Source: Pontimonas sp. (GTDB lineage: Bacteria > Actinomycetota > Actinomycetes > Actinomycetales > Microbacteriaceae). From it: a DNA stretch of 53,740 nt. The position numbers and the translations under genes are program-made. This document shows positions 10,313 through 19,680 of the stretch, piece after piece; the first letter of the stretch is position 1, and every line of letters starts with the position of its first letter. The notes beneath the pieces are model-generated. The model searched no databases. It was not told the DNA's origin and worked only from the letters and a program-made list of their open reading frames with translations. Location of the stretch: positions 1 through 53,740 of the forward strand of contig JBIILX010000001.1 of NCBI GenBank assembly GCA_044338275.1, read 5' to 3'.

Positions 10313-10570
10313 TTAGTTCTGAGACTCGCTAATAATCAGTTTTGCGCGATGAACAGCTCTAACCAACTCTGGCTGCCTAATGCCAAGTTCCTGCGAAACA
10401 TCCGAGTAGGTCCTGCGTTGGATAAGAATCCCGGTGGCAGCATCAATCAAATCTTGCGGAAGAGACTGAATGTGTTTGGACAATTCTGCAGGGCTAAGCG
10501 AAGCAATGAGCTTTTCGCCGGCGTGCTGCTCAAATGTGACATCAAGGTCAAATTCTTTGTCCACAATCAT
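10313..10570 (-). CDS. 85-aa protein with a sigma70 region-4-like HTH
   Basis: RBS AGGAAGG; pattern IQSLPQDL...TYSDVSQELGI...VHRAK; stop is 1 nt from the puuD-like start. Confidence 0.6.
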   Translation of the reverse strand: MIVDKEFDLDVTFEQHAGEKLIASLSPAELSKHIQSLPQDLIDAATGILIQRRTYSDVSQELGIRQPELVRAVHRAKLIISESQN

Positions 10571-10579
10571 CCTTCCTGG

Positions 10580-10619
10580 AATTAACTGGAGGCCAAACTT
10601 AGTTGGCCCCCAGTTAATT
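10580..10619 (-). terminator. Stem-loop downstream of the APC permease
   Basis: AATTAACTGG-A-GGCCAA / TTGGCC-C-CCAGTTAATT, a 17-bp stem with one G-U pair on the minus strand; no long U tract. Confidence 0.5.
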
Positions 10620-10634
10620 GTTTTCAGATTATTC

Positions 10635-12119
10635 CTACGCGAAGTCCTTGATCAGTGCAGCGTTCTTGGACTTGTTAGTGGAGGACACCACAAAACCAAT
10701 AACTAATGCAATGAATGGGGACAACACTAGGAACCAGCCGAGTCCGCTCAATGCCCAACCAGATTCTGGTAGCGATGGGTCGACTCCATCGGCAACAGTT
10801 CCAGCTAGCAAGTTGAAGCGGGCCATCAGCATGTAAAGACCTGCGGTAAGAAGCACGATGGATAGCCCAGGTGCGATTTTTGAGTTCCACAGGTTACCGC
10901 CACCGTTGTTCTGGAAGAAGGCGATTACTGCAAAAGAAACCAGAATCTCAACGGCCACCACAGCGATAACTGCAACACCACTCATCCAGCTAAACAGGTT
11001 CAGGAATGGATCCAACCCCGCTGCGGCAAATGCAATGATCACAGCTGCTGCGATTACTGAGGTTAGGATTGCTCCATTTTGCGGCGCGCCAGCAGCGTTG
11101 GTTTTACCCAAAGCTGAAGGCATAACGCCACCGCGGCCCATGGCAAAGAAGTACCTTGCAGCTGCGTTCTGGAACGCCAATAGTCCGGCGAACAAGCTGG
11201 TGACAACAAGCAGTGCCATTATCAAGACGATTTCAGGGGATACATACTCTGCTGCCAAGCTAAACAAAACAGCAGAAGGATCAGCTAGTCCGCCTGAGCG
11301 CTCGACAACCTGGTCGATGATTCCGCCTGCTCCCATACCGGTAACCATTGCGAAGGAAACCACAGCGAACAAAGCGCTGATGATTCCAATTGCCCAGTAA
11401 GTAGCCCTAGGAACATCGCGCTTAGGGTTTTTGGACTCTTCGCCGTAGATAGCTGTTGCTTCGAATCCGATGAAGGATGCAAAGGCAAATGCCAATGCAA
11501 TTCCAGCAGTTCCTGCAAAGCCACCAGCAAAGACCAACATTGGGTCAAATGATGCTCCGAAGTTCATACCTTCAGGTCCACCGTTGATCAAAATTGCAAC
11601 GGCTGTGACAACTAGCGAGAGCAGCTCAACTGCAAGAAGAACACCGAGAATCTTTGCTCCGATATCAACGCTTAGAAGTGAAAGGACGGTGACAAGTAGC
11701 CAGGCAATGAGAGCCCAAACCCACCAAGCTAGATCCACACCGAACTGCGCCATGGTTAGGCCCATAACCAATCCGAAGAATCCATAGATTGCTAGCTGGA
11801 TAGTGATGTATCCAACAATCGATGCATAAGCAGAACCGACTCCGGCGTTTGCGCCAAGACCCTTTCCTACGTAGGCAAAGAATGCTCCAGCGTTAGTGAC
11901 CTTGTGGCTCATAGCTGCATAACCGACTGAGAAAACCAGCAAGGTTAGTCCAACCGCCAAATAGGCACCTGGGGTGGCGGCACCGTTACCCAAAAGCATT
12001 GCAACTGGGACAGCTCCGGTCATACCTACCAGTGGGGCACTGGCTGCCACCACAAAAAATACGATCCCCGCTACGCCAAGACGGCCTTTGCGCAGTGAGG
12101 TAGATGATTCTTTGGCCAT
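10635..12119 (-). CDS. APC family amino acid/amine permease
   Basis: FFVVAASAP, FIGFEATAIYGEE; about 12 TM segments. Confidence 0.9.
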   Translation of the reverse strand: MAKESSTSLRKGRLGVAGIVFFVVAASAPLVGMTGAVPVAMLLGNGAATPGAYLAVGLTLLVFSVGYAAMSHKVTNAGAFFAYVGKGLGANAGVGSAYASIVGYITIQLAIYGFFGLVMGLTMAQFGVDLAWWVWALIAWLLVTVLSLLSVDIGAKILGVLLAVELLSLVVTAVAILINGGPEGMNFGASFDPMLVFAGGFAGTAGIALAFAFASFIGFEATAIYGEESKNPKRDVPRATYWAIGIISALFAVVSFAMVTGMGAGGIIDQVVERSGGLADPSAVLFSLAAEYVSPEIVLIMALLVVTSLFAGLLAFQNAAARYFFAMGRGGVMPSALGKTNAAGAPQNGAILTSVIAAAVIIAFAAAGLDPFLNLFSWMSGVAVIAVVAVEILVSFAVIAFFQNNGGGNLWNSKIAPGLSIVLLTAGLYMLMARFNLLAGTVADGVDPSLPESGWALSGLGWFLVLSPFIALVIGFVVSSTNKSKNAALIKDFA

Positions 12120-12152
12120 GAACTATGGCTCCTTTCTTCATTGAATGGAGAA

Positions 12153-12170
12153 TCGTTTGTATCAAAACGA
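12153..12170. promoter_or_regulatory. 18-bp palindromic operator, copy 1
   Basis: TCGTTTG-TATC-AAAACGA upstream of the APC permease. Confidence 0.65.
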
Positions 12171-12255
12171 TAAGACAAATCTGGCCCTTTTTTGCCCCCG
12201 CGTCAAGTCGGGACGCTCCTGTGGCGAAAAATAGGGCTTTTTTCTAAAAAGCACC

Positions 12256-12273
12256 TCGTTAGTTTCCTAATGA
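12256..12273. promoter_or_regulatory. 18-bp palindromic operator, copy 2
   Basis: TCGTTAG-TTTC-CTAATGA upstream of the ADC-family gene. Confidence 0.65.
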
Positions 12274-12291
12274 ATCAGTACCATAGCAATC

Positions 12292-13104
12292 ATGACTGAA
12301 CTAAAAGGCTTCCTAGCCCCTAAGACCCCCAGCGGCAAAAGCGCGATTATCCCAGAGATGCCCTGGTTCTATTCGGGCACCCTTCTTACTGTCGAGTACC
12401 TAACTGACCCGGCAAACGTTAAAGTTCTTCTTCCAGAGGGAGTAGAACTAGCGGATGAGGAGCCAGGAGCGGTTGCAATCATCTGGGCAGACTGGCAATC
12501 CTGTTCCACCGACAAGCAGGAACTGCTAGATCCAGTTCGTTCACAATATCTAGAAACTTTTGTCGTGATTAGGTGCAAGTTCAAAGGTGTGACTTATTCA
12601 AGATGTGTTGCTATCTGGGTCACAAAAGATTTTGCAATTGCGCGCGGTTGGTTCCAGGGCTACCCGAAGAAACTTGGAAACATCGCAGTCACTCGTATTT
12701 TCAACCACGGTAAGGCAACACCAAAATTTGAAGCTGGATCAAAACTTGGTGCCAGCGTCGCAGCTTACGATCACCGTTTGGCATCAGCTATCGTCACATT
12801 GGATAAGCCTTCAGAAACTAATGGATTCGTTAACGGACACAAGATGCTTCACAGCCGTTGGGTTCCATCAATTACTCAAGGCAAGGGAAACTCACTTGAC
12901 CAATTGGTTTCCATGGGTGGAGTAGATGCAGAAATCGGCGTGACCTGGGGAGGAAGCGCGGAGCTAACACTGGGTGACTCAAACTGGGATGAGCTTGGTT
13001 CAATTCTTCCCGTCAAGAAAATTCTCGGGGGATACTACCGAGAACTGGGTGTCACTTTTGCGGGTGGAGAACTAATCCACGATCAGTCAAACCCGGCTGT
13101 CTAA
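12292..13104 (+). CDS. Acetoacetate decarboxylase-like superfamily protein
   Basis: PWFYSG, LLPEG, RGWFQGYPKKLG (Schiff-base Lys motif). Confidence 0.82.
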   Translation: MTELKGFLAPKTPSGKSAIIPEMPWFYSGTLLTVEYLTDPANVKVLLPEGVELADEEPGAVAIIWADWQSCSTDKQELLDPVRSQYLETFVVIRCKFKGVTYSRCVAIWVTKDFAIARGWFQGYPKKLGNIAVTRIFNHGKATPKFEAGSKLGASVAAYDHRLASAIVTLDKPSETNGFVNGHKMLHSRWVPSITQGKGNSLDQLVSMGGVDAEIGVTWGGSAELTLGDSNWDELGSILPVKKILGGYYRELGVTFAGGELIHDQSNPAV

Positions 13105-14453
13105 AAGTCAGACATATACTCTTTGACTTCCCAGTCGGTAGTCTCGCGAGTGTTCGGATCGGACACTGCCTCTTTGTAGCGCTTTACTTCATCGCGCTTC
13201 ATGATCTGGAAAACATCAACAATCGGACCAGCTAGCAACTCGCGCAGAACCGCATCCGCCTCTAGGGCATCGAGTGCGGCTTCCAAGCTCATCGGAAGTA
13301 TCGGTGCCGATTCATTTTCGTACGACATACCAACAACCGGTTCTGGTGCTTTTAGCTTGCTCTGGATTCCATCTAGACCAGCGGCCAAAATTGCAGCAAT
13401 CATCAGATACGGGTTCGCAGCACCATCAGCAACTCGCACTTCTAGCCTGGTTCCAGAACCGTGCTCTGGTGGAATTCGAACCATCGCTGAACGGTTATCG
13501 AATCCCCAGTTTGCGCGGTAAGGCGCAATTGTGTCAGGGCCGAGTCGCTTGAAGGCGTTAATAGTTGGGTTGCAAATTGCTGTTAGTGCAGCAGCGTGCT
13601 TGGTGATACCCGCGATGATCTGCAGTGCGACTTCGCTTAGACCTGTTCCGCCATCGTGCATTAGGTTTTTACCCTTGCCATCTTCAACTGAGAAGTGCAG
13701 GTGGAATCCGCTTCCACCCTCATCGCTCCAAGGCTTACCGCAGAAGGTTGCGTGTTGGCCTGCTCTTGCCACAACTTCTTTGACTGCAGATTTAAACATA
13801 AGTGTTCTATCGGCAGCATCTACTGCTGGTCCATGCCAGAAGTTAATCTCATACTGGCTTGGGCTGAATTCGTGGTTACCGGCAAATACGCCGATGTTCA
13901 TTTGGTCAACCATGCGAAGAAGATTTAGGAAGGTGCCCTTAGGGTCAACAACAGATCCGGAAGTGTAAGCCTGTCCTGTGCGTTGGATTGCTCTGTGATA
14001 TTTTCCGTTTTCATCTTTTTCTGCGATGTAAAATTCTAGCTCTGGTCCAACAACTGGGTGAAGGCCAAGCTCCTTGTATTTGGCAACTACAGATTCCAAT
14101 ACGGTTCTCGGCGAGAGCATGTTCTTGGTTCCCTCTGGATTGTTTGCACCTGCAGCCGCATAGGCAACTCCTGGTTCCCAAGGCAGTGGTCGCCAGGACT
14201 CAGGTACCACTTGTGAGATGAAGTCTTCAAGTCCATCGGAGACTAGGTTGTTGCCATCGAGTACGTCACCGCCGGTTGTGGTCACCCATATGCCTTGACA
14301 GAAAGCTGGGCCGCCGTGACCGATACGGTCGAGCTGGGAGACCAGGATGTCCTTGGACCTGACAATACCGATGATGTCCAAGTAAATGACCCTAAGTACG
14401 TCAATGTTCTTGGCTTTGAGTTCTTTCTGAAGAGACTCTAGTGAGCTACCCAA
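13101..14453 (-). CDS. Glutamine synthetase-like gamma-glutamyl-amine ligase (PuuA/IpuC-like)
   Basis: GPELEFY, HEFSPSQYEIN, GSGFHLHFS, NRSAMVRIP, LEVRVADGAANPYL; lies next to gamma-glutamyl hydrolases. Confidence 0.85.
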   Translation of the reverse strand: MGSSLESLQKELKAKNIDVLRVIYLDIIGIVRSKDILVSQLDRIGHGGPAFCQGIWVTTTGGDVLDGNNLVSDGLEDFISQVVPESWRPLPWEPGVAYAAAGANNPEGTKNMLSPRTVLESVVAKYKELGLHPVVGPELEFYIAEKDENGKYHRAIQRTGQAYTSGSVVDPKGTFLNLLRMVDQMNIGVFAGNHEFSPSQYEINFWHGPAVDAADRTLMFKSAVKEVVARAGQHATFCGKPWSDEGGSGFHLHFSVEDGKGKNLMHDGGTGLSEVALQIIAGITKHAAALTAICNPTINAFKRLGPDTIAPYRANWGFDNRSAMVRIPPEHGSGTRLEVRVADGAANPYLMIAAILAAGLDGIQSKLKAPEPVVGMSYENESAPILPMSLEAALDALEADAVLRELLAGPIVDVFQIMKRDEVKRYKEAVSDPNTRETTDWEVKEYMSDF

Positions 14454-14491
14454 TTGCTACTCCTTTGTGGCAAATCGATTTACAACACTAA

Positions 14492-14509
14492 TCGTTTGGT
14501 GTCTAATGA
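14492..14509. promoter_or_regulatory. 18-bp palindromic operator, copy 3
   Basis: TCGTTTG-GTGT-CTAATGA between the divergent GS-like and GATase genes. Confidence 0.65.
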
Positions 14510-14593
14510 AATAATAGGGCCGAAGGTCTAATCAATGCCAGTTGCGAAAGAGGCTAGATTTTTAGCTACCAGCCCAATGAAAACGGAGTCCAG

Positions 14594-15307
14594 ATGAAGG
14601 CACTATTCATCCAGCACGATCACGTGAGCCCGATAGGGCCAGTCGGCGACAGGCTGGCGGAACGCGGCTTCGAAATCGAAACCCGGCTGGTGGTCTCGCA
14701 AGAGAATTTCGAAACCCCCAATGTTCCTTTTGAATTTCCCAACATCGACAACTATGACCTGATTGTCCCTCTTGGATCGCCTTGGGGAGCCTGGGATGAT
14801 GCGTGCATCGGCAATTGGCTGCAGCCAGAGTTAGCGTGGATTAAAAACGCCGTGCTAACAAACAAGCCGGTGCTTGGTATTTGCTTTGGTGGTCAGCTAA
14901 TTGCCCGAGCGCTGGGTGGGTCAGTGGGTCGTTCGCCAAAATCAGAAATTGGTTGGACATACATTCACTCCGATGATCAGTCACTGGTTTCAAACGGGCC
15001 CTGGTTTCAGTTTCACTACGACCGCTGGAACCTGCCGGAAGGCATGGGTATCAAAGAGATTGCCAGAAATCCGGTTTCGTCTCAGGCCTTTGTTGTGAAC
15101 AACTCTCTTGGGTTGCAGTTTCACCCAGAGCTTGATTCAAAAGCTCTTGATGGCTGGCTCAAATGGGGTGGCGCGAAAGAAGTATCCGAAGATGGCCAAG
15201 ACCCAGAGGCGATGATGGCACAAACCATTGCAGAAGATGATACCGCGAGACAAAGAACTTATGCGCTGGTTGATAACTTCTTGCAGAAGGTAGCCAAGCT
15301 AATCTAA
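14594..15307 (+). CDS. Class I glutamine amidotransferase-like protein
   Basis: LGICFGGQ and LQFHPE catalytic motifs. Confidence 0.88.
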   Translation: MKALFIQHDHVSPIGPVGDRLAERGFEIETRLVVSQENFETPNVPFEFPNIDNYDLIVPLGSPWGAWDDACIGNWLQPELAWIKNAVLTNKPVLGICFGGQLIARALGGSVGRSPKSEIGWTYIHSDDQSLVSNGPWFQFHYDRWNLPEGMGIKEIARNPVSSQAFVVNNSLGLQFHPELDSKALDGWLKWGGAKEVSEDGQDPEAMMAQTIAEDDTARQRTYALVDNFLQKVAKLI

Positions 15308-15326
15308 AGCCCATAACTGGGAGTGG

Positions 15327-16562
15327 TTAGCGAAGATTCACCTTTACCCGCATGCGCTTGATTCCGTGCACAAAGTTTGACCTTAGGTAATCAATTGGTC
15401 CAGTAAGTTCCATCGAATTGATTCTTGAAATAAGGTCTTCAAACATAATCCGAAGTTCGATTCGTGCCAATGCATTACCTAGACACATGTGAGGTCCCCC
15501 GCGACCAAATGTCATGTGCTCATTTGGATTGCGAGTGACATCCATCTTGTTTGGATTGGCAAAGATTTCTGAATCGCGGTTGCCGGAGGCAAACCAAGGA
15601 AGAATCTTTTGGCCTTCCTTGATCTTCACTCCCCTAATTTCAACATCCTTGGTTGCAGTTCTGCGGAAGTGATAAACCGGTGAGGCGTAGCGCAAGAATT
15701 CCTCAACCGCCCAAGGAATAAGCTCTGGCTTTTCCTGGAGCAGGGCTAGCTGATCTGGGTTGTTGATGAGGTTGTTCATGGAGTGAGAGATTGTGTGTCT
15801 GGTGGTTTCGTTTCCCGCCACAACCAGCAGCAAAAAGTTGGTGTTAAAATCTCTTTCCGACATTGGAATTCCATCGGATGGAACACCGTCTGCCAAAACT
15901 GAAACTAGATCTTTCTTCCCTTTGCCTCGGCGCTGCTTTGCTAGTGCCTGGCCGTACTCGAATACCTCGAGTGCGGCGGGGGATCTAAATGGAACCAGAC
16001 GATACTTGTCAGATTCTGGGTCTTCCATCAAAACATCGGCGTGCTCAGGATCGGTGTTACCGATCATGCGGTTACCCCACTCAATCAATTGACCGGTGTC
16101 TTTGTCTGGCACATCAAGAATTCGCGCGAGAACTCGAATTGGGAAATCTGCGCTTACGTCTTCCACGAAGTCAAACTCACCTTTGGCAAAAGCGTTGTCA
16201 AGAGTTGTTGCAGTAAGTCCAGTCAAAAAGCTTTCGTATTTCGCAACTGCTTGTGGCGTGAACTCTCCCTGAAGCATCCGTCGCAAGGCGCGGTGTCTTA
16301 GTCCGTCTGTTTCAAGTAGGGAGCGTCTGGCTTCTTCTTGCTCAGCATCAACTTCTTCTAAGTTTGTGAATCGCTCTGAAGTGAAAGTCTCGGTATCGCG
16401 AAGCACGCGGACGATGTCGTGGTAACCCATGACGGACCAGAAACCGTGGTTGGGTGCAGCTTCTTCAGAAAAGTGTGGTTTGCCTGTTTTGCGAATCTCT
16501 TCGAATGCTCCCCAAGGGGCGCCTTTTTCAAAAAGATCCAAGTCAGCGAAGTTGATGCTCAT
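15327..16562 (-). CDS. Cytochrome P450
   Basis: AGNETT I-helix, EEFLR, FGRGGPHMCLG heme motif; start at MSINF after GGAAGGAAG. Confidence 0.95.
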   Translation of the reverse strand: MSINFADLDLFEKGAPWGAFEEIRKTGKPHFSEEAAPNHGFWSVMGYHDIVRVLRDTETFTSERFTNLEEVDAEQEEARRSLLETDGLRHRALRRMLQGEFTPQAVAKYESFLTGLTATTLDNAFAKGEFDFVEDVSADFPIRVLARILDVPDKDTGQLIEWGNRMIGNTDPEHADVLMEDPESDKYRLVPFRSPAALEVFEYGQALAKQRRGKGKKDLVSVLADGVPSDGIPMSERDFNTNFLLLVVAGNETTRHTISHSMNNLINNPDQLALLQEKPELIPWAVEEFLRYASPVYHFRRTATKDVEIRGVKIKEGQKILPWFASGNRDSEIFANPNKMDVTRNPNEHMTFGRGGPHMCLGNALARIELRIMFEDLISRINSMELTGPIDYLRSNFVHGIKRMRVKVNLR

Positions 16563-16586
16563 CGTCGAGCTTCCTTCCATTAGAGA

Positions 16587-16604
16587 TTGTTAGGATGCTA
16601 ATAA
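16587..16604. promoter_or_regulatory. 18-bp palindromic operator, copy 4
   Basis: TTGTTAG-GATG-CTAATAA between the P450 and marR genes. Confidence 0.65.
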
Positions 16605-16706
16605 TCTACACACTTCCAGCTCTTGCCAACTCAAAGATTCGGGGATTAGCCAGGAATTTTTAGCCTCTGGATGGGTTATCCTCGGCATAGGAAGTAAGGG
16701 GCATTT

Positions 16707-17207
16707 GTGTCTGGATCACACACTCTGAATGAGACTGAGCGTCAGGTGCAAACCAAGCTCTCCGGCATGAGCCTCGACTTTGACTCAATGGCTGCCATCA
16801 GCAACGTATTCCGAGCTGCCAATGCAACCCGCAACTTTCTCGAGCGAACCGTTTTATCCCCCCATGATCTCTCCTGGACAGCATTTGTTGTGCTCTGGGT
16901 TAGCTGGATTTGGGAACCTATTGAGACCAGAACCATCGCCGAAGAGGGCGGCTTTTCCAAGGCAACCCTGACCGGGGTGCTTCAGACCCTAGAGTCCCGG
17001 GGCTTAATTGTTCGGGAGCGTAGCGCCCAGGACAAGAGGCTGATGATTGTGACCTTGACCGCCAAGGGTAGAAAGCTGATGGACAAGCTTTTCCCTGAAT
17101 TCAACCAGCACGAGCAGCAGGTTCTGGAGAAGCTTTCCCTGGGTCAAAAGCGTGAATTGACTGAATCGCTAAGGAAAATCACCGCCTTCGCAGAGGGCTC
17201 GAACTAG
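16707..17207 (+). CDS. MarR family regulator
   Basis: LESRGLIVRERSAQDKR...LTAKGR winged helix. Confidence 0.9.
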   Translation: MSGSHTLNETERQVQTKLSGMSLDFDSMAAISNVFRAANATRNFLERTVLSPHDLSWTAFVVLWVSWIWEPIETRTIAEEGGFSKATLTGVLQTLESRGLIVRERSAQDKRLMIVTLTAKGRKLMDKLFPEFNQHEQQVLEKLSLGQKRELTESLRKITAFAEGSN

Positions 17208-17264
17208 TTCTAGCTAGATTTATGCAAATTCCTAGCGCCTAGGGCTTCTGGTGGATTAGGGTAT

Positions 17265-17282
17265 TTGTTAGCATCCAAACGA
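17265..17282. promoter_or_regulatory. 18-bp palindromic operator, copy 5
   Basis: TTGTTAG-CATC-CAAACGA upstream of the ring-cleavage operon. Confidence 0.65.
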
Positions 17283-17302
17283 CTTCGCAAAGGGGCGAAA
17301 CC

Positions 17303-18769
17303 ATGGGCCATCAGGTCGAACTGGCGGGTCTTTCTATAGACACCAGGCACTTCATTGATGGTGCGCGTCTGGAATCAAAAGAAACCTTTGAAGATACTTC
17401 GCCAATTGATGGATCACACCTAGCCAACATTTCTCGAGGCGGCGAGCGCGAAATTGACCTCGCGGTGCAAGCTGCCAGAAGAGCATTTCCAGCCTGGGCA
17501 AATCTTGGCCCAAAAAAACGCGGTGAACTACTGCACAAACTTGCTGATTTAATTGAAGCCAATCTAGAGCCACTTGCAAACCTAGAAACACTAGATAACG
17601 GCTCTTTGCTTCGCTCGCACATCAGAGGAGTAATGCCTCGCGTCGCACTAAACCTTCGATTCTTTGCAGACTGGGCAATCAACGATCTTAATCACGAAGT
17701 TTGGGAAACCCGCGGACACACCAACAATATTTCTTGGGATCCAAGTGGTGTGGCAGCCCTTATTACACCGTGGAATGCTCCATTGATGCTTGCAACCTGG
17801 AAGATTGGCCCGGCCCTTGCAGCTGGTGACACAGTTGTTCTAAAGCCAGCTGAGTGGACACCACTTAGCGCTTCTTTCTTTGCGGACCTAACTTTGCAAG
17901 CAGGAATCCCAGCGGGTGTTTTCAATGTTGTTCAGGGCTTTGGTGCAGAAGCAGGACACACTCTTGTTTCACACCCCGGCATTTCTAGAATCTCATTCAC
18001 AGGTTCTGTTCCGACCGCAAAGAAGATTGCTCACGCTGCGGCAGATAATCTGACTCCGGTTTCTTTGGAGCTGGGTGGAAAATCACCAACAATTGTTTTG
18101 GAAGATGCTGACTTAGATTTGGCCGCTGAGCTAGCTGTTGAGCAGTATGACAACGCTGGTCAAGTGTGCTTGTCGGGAACCCGACTTTTGGTTCATGAAA
18201 AAGTCGCTTCAGAGTTCGCAGCTAAATTTGCACAGCGTGCAGCCAATCTCAAGCAGGGCGACCCGAGGGATCCTGCAACTGACATCGGCCCACAAATCCA
18301 CCCGGTCCACTTCGAACGAGTCAAGGGCTTTGTTGACCGAGCCAAGGCCGAAGGCCTAGAGGTTGTTATTGGTGGCGGACCTAACATCGACCTGGGGGGT
18401 CTGTTTTTTAGACCAACCCTTATAGCTAATCCGCCACGCGGTTCTGAGATTGTCACGAGTGAAATCTTTGGGCCAGTGCTGACCATGCAAACCTTCTCCT
18501 CCGACGAAGAGGTAATTGAAATGGCTAACGGCACCGAGTTTGGGTTGGCTGCGGTTATTGTTTCTGGTAACCGCGCTCACGCTGATGCTATTGCTTCGAA
18601 AGTGGTTGCTGGAACCATCTGGGTGAACTGCTTCTTTGTTCGAGACCTCAAGGCACCTTTTGGAGGTTCCAAGAAATCCGGAATCGGACGCGAGGGCGGC
18701 AATTGGTCTTTTGATTTCTATGCAGATGTAAAGAACACAGTTATTTCACCGAATGGATGGAAGGGATAG
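17303..18769 (+). CDS. Hydroxymuconic semialdehyde dehydrogenase-like ALDH (HpaE-like)
   Basis: ITPWNAPLMLATWK, LELGGKSP, GQVCLSGTR, WVNCFFVRDLKAPFGG. Confidence 0.85.
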   Translation: MGHQVELAGLSIDTRHFIDGARLESKETFEDTSPIDGSHLANISRGGEREIDLAVQAARRAFPAWANLGPKKRGELLHKLADLIEANLEPLANLETLDNGSLLRSHIRGVMPRVALNLRFFADWAINDLNHEVWETRGHTNNISWDPSGVAALITPWNAPLMLATWKIGPALAAGDTVVLKPAEWTPLSASFFADLTLQAGIPAGVFNVVQGFGAEAGHTLVSHPGISRISFTGSVPTAKKIAHAAADNLTPVSLELGGKSPTIVLEDADLDLAAELAVEQYDNAGQVCLSGTRLLVHEKVASEFAAKFAQRAANLKQGDPRDPATDIGPQIHPVHFERVKGFVDRAKAEGLEVVIGGGPNIDLGGLFFRPTLIANPPRGSEIVTSEIFGPVLTMQTFSSDEEVIEMANGTEFGLAAVIVSGNRAHADAIASKVVAGTIWVNCFFVRDLKAPFGGSKKSGIGREGGNWSFDFYADVKNTVISPNGWKG

Positions 18770-18771
18770 AA

Positions 18772-19680
18772 ATGGGAAAAGTAGTTGGAGCCGCAATTTT
18801 GGCCCACGTGCCAACAATCATGTTGCCCGAGAAAGTTCGCTATGACCTGAACGAGGGCAAAGAAATTAGCCTGGTGCCAGGTCTAAAGAAATTCCGTAAA
18901 GACGTCATGGAGACTCTGGACTACGACACAGTAGTTGTTCTTGACAGCCACTGGGCCACCACAGTTGAGTTTGTGATTACCGCTCAGGCAGAACGCTCTG
19001 GATTGTTCACATCAGAAGAGCTTCCTCGAGGCATGTCTCAGGTTCCTTACGCGTTCAAGGGTGATCCTGAACTTGCAATGGCGGTTGCAAAATACGATGA
19101 GAAAAATGGAACTTGGATAACTCCAATTAGCGATCCGCATCTTCCGATCTTCTATGCCACAGTCAACCTTTGGCACTACCTGGGTCGCGGGTTGGACAAG
19201 AAGTGGGTTTCCATTTCAGTTTGCCAAACTGCAACAGCAGAAGATTTCCTAAGAGCTGGTCGCGCACTTGGTGAAGCAATTCGTGACACCGATCGTAAAG
19301 TTCTACTGCTAGCTTCTGGTGCGCTATCCCACACCTTCTACAAGCTGCGCGATCTTCGCAAGCACGAGTCTTCTGACCCGAGCCACATCTATTCAGAAGG
19401 TGCGCGCCTTGCCGATCTAGAGCGCATTGAGTGGATGAAGCAGGGAGATCACGCTCGAATCCTAGACACCATGGATGAGTTCAAGCAGTTCAAGCCTGAG
19501 GCTAACTTCAGTCACTGGTTGACCATGGCAGGTGCAACTGGTGAAGGCGACAACATCGCCAAGGGCGTTATGTACTCCGACTACGAAAACTCCATCGGCA
19601 CCGGACAAGTTCACGTTTACTTCCCTGAGCCTGAGGGTGGATTCCCAAGACCAAAGGATTTGGTTCTTTCGCGTGACTGA
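18772..19680 (+). CDS. Class III extradiol dioxygenase (HpaD/LigB-like)
   Basis: MGKVVGAAILAHVP, VVLDSHW, LASGALSH, GTGQVH resemble 3,4-dihydroxyphenylacetate 2,3-dioxygenase. Confidence 0.82.
   Translation: MGKVVGAAILAHVPTIMLPEKVRYDLNEGKEISLVPGLKKFRKDVMETLDYDTVVVLDSHWATTVEFVITAQAERSGLFTSEELPRGMSQVPYAFKGDPELAMAVAKYDEKNGTWITPISDPHLPIFYATVNLWHYLGRGLDKKWVSISVCQTATAEDFLRAGRALGEAIRDTDRKVLLLASGALSHTFYKLRDLRKHESSDPSHIYSEGARLADLERIEWMKQGDHARILDTMDEFKQFKPEANFSHWLTMAGATGEGDNIAKGVMYSDYENSIGTGQVHVYFPEPEGGFPRPKDLVLSRD

Noticed and set aside
13101-14453. Housekeeping glnA
   Set aside because: Context with gamma-glutamyl hydrolases, permease and ALDH inside an island favours a gamma-glutamyl-amine ligase, so no symbol was given.
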